Below, piece after piece: positions 50,052 to 59,162 of a stretch of DNA of 64,000 nucleotides. The notes under the pieces were generated by a model that saw only the letters and a list, made by a program, of their open reading frames with translations, was not told the origin of the DNA and ran no database searches. Source of the stretch: Candidatus Melainabacteria bacterium 17Bon1m. GTDB lineage: Bacteria > Cyanobacteriota > Vampirovibrionia > Obscuribacterales > Obscuribacteraceae. The DNA lies in contig JAVLKG010000001.1 of assembly GCA_032128875.1 (NCBI GenBank), positions 512,001-576,000 on the forward strand. The letters run 5' to 3'. The position numbers were made by a program, and so were the translations under genes. Positions within the stretch are counted from its first letter, which is position 1; each line of letters opens with the position of its first letter.

Positions 50052-50255
50052 CTATGCAGCTTTGTATTCCTCTGCGTACAAAGGGGTTGGGGCCGAGGAG
50101 CGCATCCACTCAATGAGTTCCAGTGCCATCTTCCTGGTCCAGCACGAAGGACAGTGGTCGGGAGCCAAGCTGGCGGGATGCTCGTGAAGAGATTCTTCGA
50201 GTAATTGCGTGGAGAGGAACACCAACGAGCCAGTGGAGTGGGAGTTTGTATTCAT
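50052..50255 (-). CDS. Small hypothetical protein with a CxxC motif
   Basis: 67 aa MNTNS...HEH...HCPSCW...YKAA in an otherwise empty interval. Confidence 0.45.
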   Translation of the reverse strand: MNTNSHSTGSLVFLSTQLLEESLHEHPASLAPDHCPSCWTRKMALELIEWMRSSAPTPLYAEEYKAA

Positions 50256-50559
50256 TTTGACTACCGCAAAAAGTGGGTGGGGCGCGGACTGACGCACGAA
50301 CAAGAAGGCGGGTGCGGCTAAACAGTTTTGATAAGAAAGCGGGGAGAGAAGGGGCTGGGTGACTTAACGTCTGGGGTTGCTATCATCATGCAACGGAACC
50401 GAGGCAAAGTAAATTCGCAAAAAAGCGGGTCAGAAATCGCGTACGCGAAAACGTGTATAAATCAGCGAAAACACGCTTGAAACTTGAATCCGTGAGCGTC
50501 AATGATTGACTTTTTACCGTTTGTGGCATGGATTACACAAGCAGCTGCCCGAGGATTTA

Positions 50560-50871
50560 ATGCAGGAACCTTCTTCCCAATCAGTTTCTATCCCAGAAGA
50601 AGTTACGTCCGAGCTGGTGAGACTCTTGACCAGTGGGCATTTTGAGCAATTTATGGGGTTGTACAGAGAAACCGCTCTCGGTATTCAGGGCGATGGCGCC
50701 GTTGTGTTGGCTGAAGTCATAAATGCCGGCATCAAAACAGCAATTCCTGACTGCGAACTTAAGTTGGTCGTTTCTCAAAAGACTGACAACAAACACATAA
50801 TCATGATCCAGGATGGGTCTAAGTTTTTTGGACCAAGTTGGACTGTTTCGCGACAGATGTTCGTCGTCTAG
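50560..50871 (+). CDS. Small hypothetical protein
   Basis: GAGG plus ATG; followed by a terminator at about 50870-50898. Confidence 0.65.
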   Translation: MQEPSSQSVSIPEEVTSELVRLLTSGHFEQFMGLYRETALGIQGDGAVVLAEVINAGIKTAIPDCELKLVVSQKTDNKHIIMIQDGSKFFGPSWTVSRQMFVV

Positions 50872-50914
50872 CTGGCACCACCATTGGTGCTAGTTTTTGC
50901 TTTGCCATCCGTGA

Positions 50915-51047
50915 GTAAAGAAAAACCGGCAGGGAATTCCCTGCCGGTGAAACTCATATAGGTATGTGACTTAGATGGTTCTACTACATCCGCTTCAGCG
51001 GCTATTTATCCAATTTGCACAATTCCCGAGTTTTATATCCTTTATGG
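50915..51047 (-). ncRNA. Candidate ECF-sigma-dependent sRNA (~130 nt)
   Basis: GGGAACT-N16-GTCT at 51080-51054; terminator ACCGGCAGGGAATTCCCTGCCGGT plus T run at 50948-50921; no credible ORF. Confidence 0.5.
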
Positions 51048-51121
51048 ATAACTAGACAACGACGAACCCTATAAGTTCCCACCTTCTAAAAAGAATCCTG
51101 GGAATTTTTTTCGGGAGTCTC

Positions 51122-51979
51122 TTATAACGATTGTCTGAGCCCGTGCAAATCGCTAAATGCCGGTTCTCTTTTTTCCTTTTGTGCCTTCATGCATTCCATC
51201 AAATCTGCAGTCGAAAAGATTGAGGCTTGCAAATTTGCGCAGTGCAGCAGCGCGTCCTGAATGCTGTGGTCTCGTGCATAGGTTATTGCTTCTTTTGATG
51301 CTGAGACTGCTAGTGGCGAACGGCTTGCGATGGCATCGGCGACTCCCATAACGCAGTCGAGCAAAGCCTTTTGGTCTGGCAAGACGTCGTTTACCAGACC
51401 CAGTGCCAGGGCACGTTCAGCCGTCAATGCTTTGCCCGTAAAGGCTAGCTCGCGGAGCACCGCATCGGGTAACAGGTATGGCAGTCTTTGCAATCCGCCC
51501 AGATCTGCCATCATTGCCAGGTTTATTTCCTGAATCTTGAAAGTTGCATCCGTTGTCGCGTAGCGCATGTCGCACGCTGCTACCATATCAAAAGCGCCAC
51601 CGATGCACGCCCCATGAATTGCTGCGATTATTGGAATGCGAGAACGCTCGAGTGCGTTGAATGTTGATTGCAACCCAAGCACCAATTGTTTGAGTTTTTC
51701 TCTATCTTGCGGCGTGTCAGTCTTTAGATCTCCGGATTGAAAAACACTTAGATCCATCCCGGCACTAAAATGTTTTCCTTCTGCGGAAATAACGATGACG
51801 CGTGTCTTTCCACTTGCTTCCAGTTCGCTTATCAATTGCGGCAATTCGCTCCAGAATTCCTTGATCATTGAGTTCAATTGATCTGGGCGGTTCATTAACA
51901 CATGAGAGACACCATTCGGTTTTGTCTCGACCAGAAAGCATTTGTACAATTGTCGGCCCCTCTTTCGATGAGCCGACAA
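51122..51979 (-). CDS. Enoyl-CoA hydratase/isomerase (crotonase; dienoyl-CoA isomerase-like)
   Basis: FSAGMDL, AIHGACIGG, EINLAMMADLG. Confidence 0.93.
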   Translation of the reverse strand: MSAHRKRGRQLYKCFLVETKPNGVSHVLMNRPDQLNSMIKEFWSELPQLISELEASGKTRVIVISAEGKHFSAGMDLSVFQSGDLKTDTPQDREKLKQLVLGLQSTFNALERSRIPIIAAIHGACIGGAFDMVAACDMRYATTDATFKIQEINLAMMADLGGLQRLPYLLPDAVLRELAFTGKALTAERALALGLVNDVLPDQKALLDCVMGVADAIASRSPLAVSASKEAITYARDHSIQDALLHCANLQASIFSTADLMECMKAQKEKREPAFSDLHGLRQSL

Positions 51980-52007
51980 TTATATCCGTATATGACGCTT
52001 TAGGACT

Positions 52008-52598
52008 CTAGGCTTGTTTTCGAAGCTTTTTGATTGGTGTTGTGAAATTGCCTTTGAGCAGATGCTTCATCTGCAGACGTTCTAGTGTCAGTTTTGCGCG
52101 CCCGGCTACATATGGGTTTGGGTCATCTTGCAATGATTCCAAAACCTCGAGCGGAGTGCTGTGGTTTTCTGCTAGTGCAAACCTGATATCTGCATTCTTA
52201 TCCTGTGCCAGCGCGGCTTTCACGTCACAGGGCGTGTGGACGTTGTCGGCAACGGCCATGCGCACTTCGCTTCTTGATTCGCAGGCCAGGTCTGCCAAGA
52301 TAGAGGGTGCATCAGCTGTTTCGGCTACCTTAACAAGGGCGTTTTGAATTCCGCGATTACGTCCCGCAAGCCTTGCTGTGTGAAGAATATCTTGCTTAAC
52401 AGAAGGTTTTGTCGCTTGGCGCGGCTCTGGTTGCAGCGCGGCAGCTAGACTAGGGGCGGTTCTTCTCTTTTCTTGCCCCTCCTTCGAACTTGCAATTTGT
52501 TTGAGCCGCTCGGCTTGATCGCTCACAGCATCAAGATCAACTGGATTGATGCGGTTGGGCGCCTTGGACTCAAATTTTGCAAATTTGTCTTTTAACAT
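52008..52598 (-). CDS. LRV/HEAT-like repeat protein
   Basis: AGGAGG RBS; VRMAVADN..TP, IRFALAEN..TP, D.NPYVA repeats. Confidence 0.8.
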   Translation of the reverse strand: MLKDKFAKFESKAPNRINPVDLDAVSDQAERLKQIASSKEGQEKRRTAPSLAAALQPEPRQATKPSVKQDILHTARLAGRNRGIQNALVKVAETADAPSILADLACESRSEVRMAVADNVHTPCDVKAALAQDKNADIRFALAENHSTPLEVLESLQDDPNPYVAGRAKLTLERLQMKHLLKGNFTTPIKKLRKQA

Positions 52599-52656
52599 TG
52601 GTTACCTCCTCAACGCCACAATGCTGAAAAACCAACAAGGGCGTGTGTTTCCAGAG

Positions 52657-52683
52657 AGACTGGCAGCGCCTCTCTGGGTTCCC
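52657..52683 (-). promoter_or_regulatory. ECF-like promoter GGGAACC-N16-GTCT
   Basis: One of five exact-spacing copies. Confidence 0.65.
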
Positions 52684-52717
52684 GTTGCGGGACTTCAAAG
52701 CAGATTAATTACAGGTC

Positions 52718-52987
52718 TTAAGCTGTTTTCTCGCCATCATCTAGCATGCATTCTTCGCACTTTGCCAGCATCTTCGACACTCGCGTTCGCAATCCTTTTG
52801 CAATACTCGCCACGGCGCCGATACTAGGATTTCGGCGACCTTGTTCGATGTTACTGATGAATGCTCTATTGACTCCTGATTCCGCTGCAAGGTCATCCTG
52901 CGTGAGTTTTAGGCGTTTGCGCCGCTGGTTGATGACTTCGCCTAAACACCGGTATAAATGATTGTGAGTTTCTCTTTTGTTAGCCAT
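52718..52987 (-). CDS. XRE-family HTH regulator
   Basis: LTQDDLAAESGVNRAFISNIEQGRRNPS; GGAGG RBS. Confidence 0.92.
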   Translation of the reverse strand: MANKRETHNHLYRCLGEVINQRRKRLKLTQDDLAAESGVNRAFISNIEQGRRNPSIGAVASIAKGLRTRVSKMLAKCEECMLDDGEKTA

Positions 52988-53143
52988 TTGGATTTACCTC
53001 CGCGGTTTAGACGCAGGTTAATGGCAAAGGTTTCTAACTTAGAGTATCCAGTTGCATACTTTTCTTTAAATCGCAAAGTTTTGAATAAAGGCGCTGCTGC
53101 TTATTTTTGAAAAGGTGTCCGCTAGATTAAAAATCACTTTCGC

Positions 53144-53170
53144 GGGAACTGAAGGGTTGCTCTTGAGTCT
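53144..53170 (+). promoter_or_regulatory. ECF-like promoter GGGAACT-N16-GTCT
   Basis: Upstream of the 53216 ORF. Confidence 0.65.
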
Positions 53171-53215
53171 CTTCAAGCGAGGGAACCAAAAAAGTTTTGT
53201 TCGAGGACACACACG

Positions 53216-53398
53216 ATGACACCTGATAATGAACCTTCCAGACCATTTCAGGAGCTAGATGAGGCTCTGGAGCGTAGCGCCAAAGAGTTGGAAATTCTCT
53301 CAACTATATATAAACAGCGTGGTCATACCCAAGAAGCTTCTGATATAGACAACACTCTAGCGAGTCTTAACCGGACGCAAGAACCACAAGATTATTAG
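53216..53398 (+). CDS. Small helical protein
   Basis: 60 aa; GAGG RBS; promoter motif upstream and hairpin downstream. Confidence 0.6.
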   Translation: MTPDNEPSRPFQELDEALERSAKELEILSTIYKQRGHTQEASDIDNTLASLNRTQEPQDY

Positions 53399-53520
53399 TC
53401 TGCGCAGGAAAAAAGCATTTGTCAGGGAAGGTGTAAATGCCTTCCCTGTTGCGTTAATGGACTTTTTGCCATGAGCGGCATGGTGGTCTAGAATCATAGG
53501 TTCAAAATTATGAGGTTGCC

Positions 53521-53751
53521 ATGTCCGAGCAAGTTATAAAGGATGCCATCGCCAACTCTACGATGCGCTGCCCTAAGTGCAAAAATCCCATCCAAAAGTA
53601 CGAAAAATACTCGGAAACAATCGATGCTGTACGCGATGGATTCAATGTAGTGGAGGTTGACTCTCGTTCTTCCCGCGTGACGTTGACCTGTGGAAACGGT
53701 GATTGTGACTGGCGTGAGCGCACAGAGTACTGGTCTGAACTCATCGACTGA
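53521..53751 (+). CDS. Small Zn-ribbon-like protein
   Basis: CPKC...CGNGDC; GAGG RBS; TTGCCA-17-TAGAAT promoter. Confidence 0.7.
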   Translation: MSEQVIKDAIANSTMRCPKCKNPIQKYEKYSETIDAVRDGFNVVEVDSRSSRVTLTCGNGDCDWRERTEYWSELID

Positions 53752-53958
53752 TAGTTGCCGTGTTCAGGTAATACTAGATATGGTGGCGCTCATTTGAGCT
53801 GCGGTATCGAAGATGATGGCATTTTGCAGTCTCGGCGAGCGGGTGCCACTCGACTATCGGGCTTAAATCCTTTCAATTACCTAACAGCCGTTTTATCCGG
53901 CTCTTGATAAGATTCTCCTGAGTTTTGCTTGAAAGGTTGCTGAAGGTTTCTGCCGAGC

Positions 53959-53985
53959 GGGAACTAGTGACCGCTGAGCCCGTCA
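53959..53985 (+). promoter_or_regulatory. ECF-like promoter GGGAACT-N16-GTCA
   Basis: Upstream of the TonB-like gene. Confidence 0.6.
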
Positions 53986-54086
53986 CCGCAGTATTTCGTG
54001 CGCATTGTCAAGTGAAATCAAGGTTGCAAGGAATGTGAGAGAATTACATACCCCCCAAGTGTCTGGGAACGAAGACTCATTCGAGT

Positions 54087-55229
54087 ATGCAAACCGTCAA
54101 GAACCGTGAGCCGGAAGTCGAAGTGCCGCCGGAATCACCGGAAGAAAAACCAGTAAACAAAAAACAGGCGGCGTCGCGCTACCAGCCGGGTAAAGCTGCG
54201 CTTCTTTCGCTCATTCCTGGTCTCGGACACTTTTACGTCGGGCAGCCTGTTGTGGGCTCGCTCGTTCTTGTCAGCAGCTTTCTCGGTCTGACATTCCTAA
54301 CGACCCTGATTGCTGGAAAAAATCTCTACCCGATCATCGCTCCGATTGCCTTATCTTTCGGAGTTCATCTCGATAAGGCGACGAGCACGCCGCAAGTCGT
54401 TGCCGGACCAGCCGCTGTCGCACTCTACATTTTGTGCTTCCTGTACATCAGCGCATATTTCATCGCTGATGCGTACCAGCAAGCGGTGAAGAAGTCGCAT
54501 TATCCCGAAGGCTTTAAGCCTGACATGGGAGTTACGTTCTCCGGCTCGACAAGCTTCTCCTATTTGATGCACTGCTTGTTGCTTGTTGTTTGCGCTACAG
54601 CGTGCCTTTTCATTCTCAAAGTTCCAGAGAAACACACGACGGTAATCGAGTTCGAGTTTCCCGAACCGCCACCACCGCCGCCACCACCTCCACCGCCGAA
54701 AGCGCAACCAAAACCACAAGAAGCACCCAAGGCGAAGCCTGAGCCTGTAAAACAAGTTGTTCAACCGCCTCCTAAGCCGCAGCCGATTGCCGTCAAAGCG
54801 GACGACAGCAAACCTGCCGATATTCCGCTTGTCGAAGAAGCAAAACAGCCTGAACCGGCTGCATCAACAGGTGGCTCAACCGGCAGCGGCACTGGTGATG
54901 CCGGTGGAAGTTCTGGTGCAGGCAAGAGCGATGAAGTAGATCTTTCCGACTACGTCGCGCAGATGGAAAAGAAAATCCGTAAGGCTTGGTTCCCTCCGAA
55001 AGGCGAAGAGACCAAGAAGATCATTTTGAAGTTCAAGATCAGCAGTCAGGGCGCTGTGTCGTCTGTTCGTTTGAAGTCTTCTTCCGGCATCATGGTTGCG
55101 GATGAAGCTGCGATGACTGCGGTAAAGACCGCGGCACCGTTTGCACCACTTCCAAAAGGCGCTCCGGACCCTGTCGAGATACTGTTTACTTTCGACTACA
55201 GCGTGTTCGGCGGAAAGCAGACGAACTGA
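54087..55229 (+). CDS. TonB/TolA-family energy transducer with extra N-terminal TM domain
   Basis: SLIPGLGHFY TM domain, SYLMH anchor, poly-Pro linker, TonB-C (KAWFPP...SSGI..AD.AA...APF.PLP). Confidence 0.82.
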   Translation: MQTVKNREPEVEVPPESPEEKPVNKKQAASRYQPGKAALLSLIPGLGHFYVGQPVVGSLVLVSSFLGLTFLTTLIAGKNLYPIIAPIALSFGVHLDKATSTPQVVAGPAAVALYILCFLYISAYFIADAYQQAVKKSHYPEGFKPDMGVTFSGSTSFSYLMHCLLLVVCATACLFILKVPEKHTTVIEFEFPEPPPPPPPPPPPKAQPKPQEAPKAKPEPVKQVVQPPPKPQPIAVKADDSKPADIPLVEEAKQPEPAASTGGSTGSGTGDAGGSSGAGKSDEVDLSDYVAQMEKKIRKAWFPPKGEETKKIILKFKISSQGAVSSVRLKSSSGIMVADEAAMTAVKTAAPFAPLPKGAPDPVEILFTFDYSVFGGKQTN

Positions 55230-55253
55230 GAGTGCGAAAAAAACAAAGCTATG

Positions 55254-55283
55254 AAAAAGGGAGGCTCAAGGCCTCCCTTTTTT
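55254..55283. terminator. Bidirectional intrinsic terminator
   Basis: AAAAAGGGAGGC-TCAAG-GCCTCCCTTTTTT between convergent genes. Confidence 0.85.
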
Positions 55284-55339
55284 CCAGACTCGTCGTCTCT
55301 CATGTCTGGTTTAACTTGCTTCTGATCCACAGACCGCTC

Positions 55340-56116
55340 TTACACTGTGATGCCACCATCAGCAGCGATCGTGTGTCCAGTTACCCAGCGTCCATCGTCC
55401 GAGGCAAGAAAAGCAACTACGGCTGCGATGTCCTCTGGTTCGCCAACGCGTCCAAGTGCGGTCTTTTCGATGAACTGTGCTTTGAGTTCTTCCGGAACTG
55501 TGTTGAACATGTCGGAAGCAACAGGACCAGGTGCAACGCCGTTCACTGTAATTTTGCGTCTGCCCAGCTCTTGAGCCCAAGTGCGAGTCAACGTGTCGAG
55601 TGCCGCTTTTGTTGCGCTGTAAACGCTGAATCCTGGCATTGCAGCTTCTGCTGCTTTCGAAGAAATATTGATGATGCGACCGCCGTCAGCGAAGTTTTTC
55701 AAAGCTTCTTTGGTCGCAAGAATGACGCCTTTTACGTTGGTGCCGAGGACATGGTCAATGTGTTCTTCAGTAACGTCAGTGATGAAGAGGGTTTCGTACA
55801 CACCAGCGTTGTTGACGAGAATGTCGATTTTTCCAAATTCTTTGGTAACTTCAGCAAACAGTTTTTTGCTGTCTTCTTCTGACTTTACATTGCCTTGTAA
55901 TGCGATTGCTTTTGAGCCGAGCTCTTCGATTTGTTTCACGACTTTGTCGGCTGCGGACTTATTGCTGTTGTAGTTGACGGCGACAGTGGCTCCTTCTTCC
56001 GCCAAGCGTAACGCGATGGCTGCTCCGATGCCTCTAGAACCACCGGTCACAACGGCGACTTTGCCGGCGAGGCGCTTTGCGCTTGTGGTCTTTGGTTGCT
56101 GCTGAGTTAACGTCAT
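55340..56116 (-). CDS. SDR-family oxidoreductase (FabG-like)
   Basis: TGGSRGIG, NNAG, YSATK; GGAG plus ATG at 56116. Confidence 0.95.
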   Translation of the reverse strand: MTLTQQQPKTTSAKRLAGKVAVVTGGSRGIGAAIALRLAEEGATVAVNYNSNKSAADKVVKQIEELGSKAIALQGNVKSEEDSKKLFAEVTKEFGKIDILVNNAGVYETLFITDVTEEHIDHVLGTNVKGVILATKEALKNFADGGRIINISSKAAEAAMPGFSVYSATKAALDTLTRTWAQELGRRKITVNGVAPGPVASDMFNTVPEELKAQFIEKTALGRVGEPEDIAAVVAFLASDDGRWVTGHTIAADGGITV

Positions 56117-56426
56117 TTTTTTTCTACTCCTGTGGGTGAATTGATTTAACACTAAGTGATTTGGTTTTCCCTTAAGGCGCAGCCGTTTGCGAACTTATTT
56201 GATCGAGAACTTTTGTGATCAAGTTTGTTCATCAAGCGGGGCGATTTCCACATCGCCCCGTTGATGCGTGCGTCTTTTTAAAAGTTGGCGGCGCCCATTG
56301 GGGCAGTGCGCCGCCTTGCGTGGTCCTAGCGCTGTCGTTGCGTGTCAGTCGCAACATTTTTGGCTGACTGCGCTTTCCCTGTGCAAACTCGGATTGCTTG
56401 AAAAGCTTGATAGGTCCTGGTTTCAA

Positions 56427-56846
56427 CTATGCAGCTTGGAACTGAGCGCGGTTCACAGTTGAGAAAACAGGTTCGAGCTTTTCTAGCGTTTTTGCTGCGC
56501 GATGTGCAACGTACGGATTCTCATCAGTGCTCAATCTTTGCAGTGTCGCCCGCGGTACTGCAGAATTTTCTGCCAGTGCAAAACGCACATCAGCATCTTC
56601 GTCTTCTGCCAGTTCAGCCAACAGAATATCGGTGACGACCGGGTTGAACGCTAGATTTATGCGTACTTCTGGGCTTGCGTCGTGTACGAGTTTGATGAGC
56701 AAGCGAAGCGGGGTTCTTGGGTTTTCTGCGACACGTGCTCTGATATGAGCATCTTCGGATTCTGCATACTCTTCCAGGAGTTGCACTGGTGCTTCGGGAT
56801 TGCCTGCAAGAAGGTATCTGGCTTTTGCTGTGAGACTGAATAACAT
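56427..56846 (-). CDS. LRV/HEAT-like repeat protein (paralog of 52008-52598)
   Basis: IRARVAENPRTP, VRFALAEN, DENPYVA. Confidence 0.8.
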   Translation of the reverse strand: MLFSLTAKARYLLAGNPEAPVQLLEEYAESEDAHIRARVAENPRTPLRLLIKLVHDASPEVRINLAFNPVVTDILLAELAEDEDADVRFALAENSAVPRATLQRLSTDENPYVAHRAAKTLEKLEPVFSTVNRAQFQAA

Positions 56847-56935
56847 GGTTGGTTTCCCTCGATGTGTTCGATCTGCCCTGGCGGAATTCAGGGAGCAGAG
56901 GTGGTGTGGTTGGTGTGTTTATGCGGTTTTCGTAT

Positions 56936-57535
56936 TTAGTTTTTGAGAACAAGCTCGAACATTAGTTTGATAAAAACGTCGAGCGGCTCTAAGCTTTTTG
57001 CTGTTTTCGCTCGCATCATTGCTCCCTCCCAACAGGATGAGAACAAATCTGCTATCAATCTGGCGTCTACTGTCGATGTAATTTCGCCAATTCTCTGAGC
57101 CTCTTCAATGCAGACGGCAAATGCGTTTAGCCGCCTTTCCATCGCTTCCGACAATGCTTGTCTGAGGGTCTCGCTTTGGTCGGACATCTCCTGACTCAAG
57201 TTGCCAATCAAGCATCCTTTGCGGCAACTTGCCGCGCGCATACACTCGCGTTTTGTTTCACAAAATGACCGCAGTCTTTCTTTCGGTGTGAGCGCATTGT
57301 TGGTGAGGATGGGCATTAGGAATGCCATGAAGTCTCTGTCAAACTCTTCGATGATTGCCAGCGCGAAATCTTCTTTGCTATCGAAATAGTGATAGAAGGA
57401 GCCTTTCGGTACGCCAACTTTAGACAAGACTTCTTGGATGCCGGAATTGGTATAACCCTTTTCGATCATCACTTCTACTCCGGCTTCGAGCAAAAGCTGC
57501 TTTGTGTCTTGTCTTGTAGAAACCCTGGCGTTCAT
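56936..57535 (-). CDS. TetR-family regulator (NemR-like)
   Basis: GVPKGSFYHYFDSKE, GCLIGNLSQEMSD. Confidence 0.93.
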   Translation of the reverse strand: MNARVSTRQDTKQLLLEAGVEVMIEKGYTNSGIQEVLSKVGVPKGSFYHYFDSKEDFALAIIEEFDRDFMAFLMPILTNNALTPKERLRSFCETKRECMRAASCRKGCLIGNLSQEMSDQSETLRQALSEAMERRLNAFAVCIEEAQRIGEITSTVDARLIADLFSSCWEGAMMRAKTAKSLEPLDVFIKLMFELVLKN

Positions 57536-57571
57536 CGTCTTGACCTCTGACTCGTGATTCCGTTATTTTTG

Positions 57572-57600
57572 ATATTAGACCGGTCGTCTAGTTTTGTCAA
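57572..57600 (-). promoter_or_regulatory. Sigma70 promoter with TetR operator in the spacer, copy 1
   Basis: TTGACA-17-TAATAT enclosing TAGACGACCGGTCTA (NemR-box-like). Confidence 0.85.
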
Positions 57601-57869
57601 TTAGAAAAACGAACTTGATTGCCGGCTTTGAAATTTTTCTTTGGTGTAGTGGCTACAGTTTGCAAAGCTGGCTGGGCTTTGCGCGACTGGAAAACGATTG
57701 CATCAGCCAGCTTGTTTTTATAAACCGGGATGTAATCTTGGATAAGAGCATAAATGAGCATGCTGCTCGTCATTATTGTCATCGGATAAACGACCATAAA
57801 TGACATTGGGTCTTGCTCTGCGGCTCGGTAGAGCCCTTCTATCAGGTTGAATATGTCTCCGAAATTCAT
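57597..57869 (-). CDS. Small single-TM protein
   Basis: GAGG plus ATG at 57869; lies between the two operator copies. Confidence 0.6.
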   Translation of the reverse strand: MNFGDIFNLIEGLYRAAEQDPMSFMVVYPMTIMTSSMLIYALIQDYIPVYKNKLADAIVFQSRKAQPALQTVATTPKKNFKAGNQVRFSN

Positions 57870-57895
57870 TTGCGTGACCTCGTCGGTATGCATTT

Positions 57896-57924
57896 ATATT
57901 AGACCGGTCGTCTAGTTCTGTCAA
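57896..57924 (-). promoter_or_regulatory. Sigma70 promoter with TetR operator, copy 2
   Basis: 28 of 29 bp identical to 57572-57600. Confidence 0.85.
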
Positions 57925-58128
57925 CCCTATTTGCGTGATTCCTTGAAACTTGCTACTGGCGAGGGTTTTGCCGTTCTTCGAGAGGTGTTGAAGGTGCCTA
58001 ACTGGACACCGTCTGCCTGGGTCGATTTAACTAACTAACATGTTTGTTAGTATGCGCTTACCCCACGAATCTGTCAAGAGTGAGCCAGGATACTACCTAT
58101 ACATGGATATGCCTGTACCATTGCCCTT

Positions 58129-59160
58129 ATGAAAGGTTGCCCCAGACATTCGAAGCTTTGCACCACGCTGCGTGTTACTTCTCAGCTCGTTGTATGCGCT
58201 GCCGTTTCTCTCTGCGTTTTATTGCCTGCCCGTGCGGTTGCACCCACGTGGGCGGAACTGATGACTGCCGGCCGGCATGCGCACATGACCGGCAATTTCG
58301 ATCAAGCGAAGGAATACTTAAAGGGCGCGCTAAAAGAGGCGCAGAACGAAAACAATGACGCTATGCAAGCGCAGTCATATTTGTGGTTGGGGCGAGTGTA
58401 TGAGTCTACGAATCAGTGGGACTTCGCCGAACAGATGTTCTCAAAAGGAAACAGCATCGGTATTAAAGCGAAAGCGCTTGATCCTGAGATCATGATCGCG
58501 CTCCGGCACGAACTCGAAAACGCGCTCCACAAGCAAGGAAAGGTAGACGCGATTCATACACTGCGGCGTTCTGAGGGCAACCGAGAGAATCAATATATAC
58601 GCTCGTACAAGCCCAGCGCTTTTATGCGCGGGCGTGAGTTTTTTGCGGACAAGAATTTCTCGAAGGCTGAACCTACGTTGCAGAAGGCGCTACAAGCGTA
58701 TAGAGATGCAAATGAAACTGAAATTCCGCAAGCGATGATGTGTATCGATATGCTGTATCAGATTTATCGTGATCAAAAAGAATGGGGAAAAGCGCAGAAC
58801 ATCATTGACCAGGGTCTCGCTGATTTACGTCGAAGACGAGCCTCCGGCAGCGAATATAGTTTGAAGGCTGCTAACTTGATGTTTTACCGCAGCGCAATCA
58901 TGGATATGCAAGGTCATTCTAAAGAAGCTGCAACCGAGGCTGACAAAGGTTTTGCAATCTACAAAAACTTGAAGAAAGATCCTCAAGTAATTCAGAATCT
59001 ATTTTTGCAATGGGACTTGACTGGAAAGGTCAAAGAAGTTGCACGCCTGCGAGAGCATTATGCCAAGATTGCCGCGGAGCTACCGAAGGTCCAAAAGTCT
59101 GGGTGGGTTGAATATCCCGAAGAACGGCAGAAGAAGCCGGAAGAACTACTGAAAAAGTAA
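58129..59160 (+). CDS. Exported TPR-like protein
   Basis: Signal peptide, TPR helices. Confidence 0.8.
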   Translation: MKGCPRHSKLCTTLRVTSQLVVCAAVSLCVLLPARAVAPTWAELMTAGRHAHMTGNFDQAKEYLKGALKEAQNENNDAMQAQSYLWLGRVYESTNQWDFAEQMFSKGNSIGIKAKALDPEIMIALRHELENALHKQGKVDAIHTLRRSEGNRENQYIRSYKPSAFMRGREFFADKNFSKAEPTLQKALQAYRDANETEIPQAMMCIDMLYQIYRDQKEWGKAQNIIDQGLADLRRRRASGSEYSLKAANLMFYRSAIMDMQGHSKEAATEADKGFAIYKNLKKDPQVIQNLFLQWDLTGKVKEVARLREHYAKIAAELPKVQKSGWVEYPEERQKKPEELLKK

Positions 59161-59162
59161 AG

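Noticed and set aside
49900-50255. tmRNA (ORF ends YKAA-stop)
   Set aside because: No recognisable tRNA-like ends or resume motif; a small CxxC protein is the simpler reading
50915-51047. CsrB/RsmZ-type sRNA (five GGA triplets)
   Set aside because: Several GGAs fall in predicted stems rather than loops
52718-53060. Controller protein of a restriction-modification or toxin-antitoxin system
   Set aside because: No nuclease, methylase or recognisable toxin is adjacent to the XRE gene
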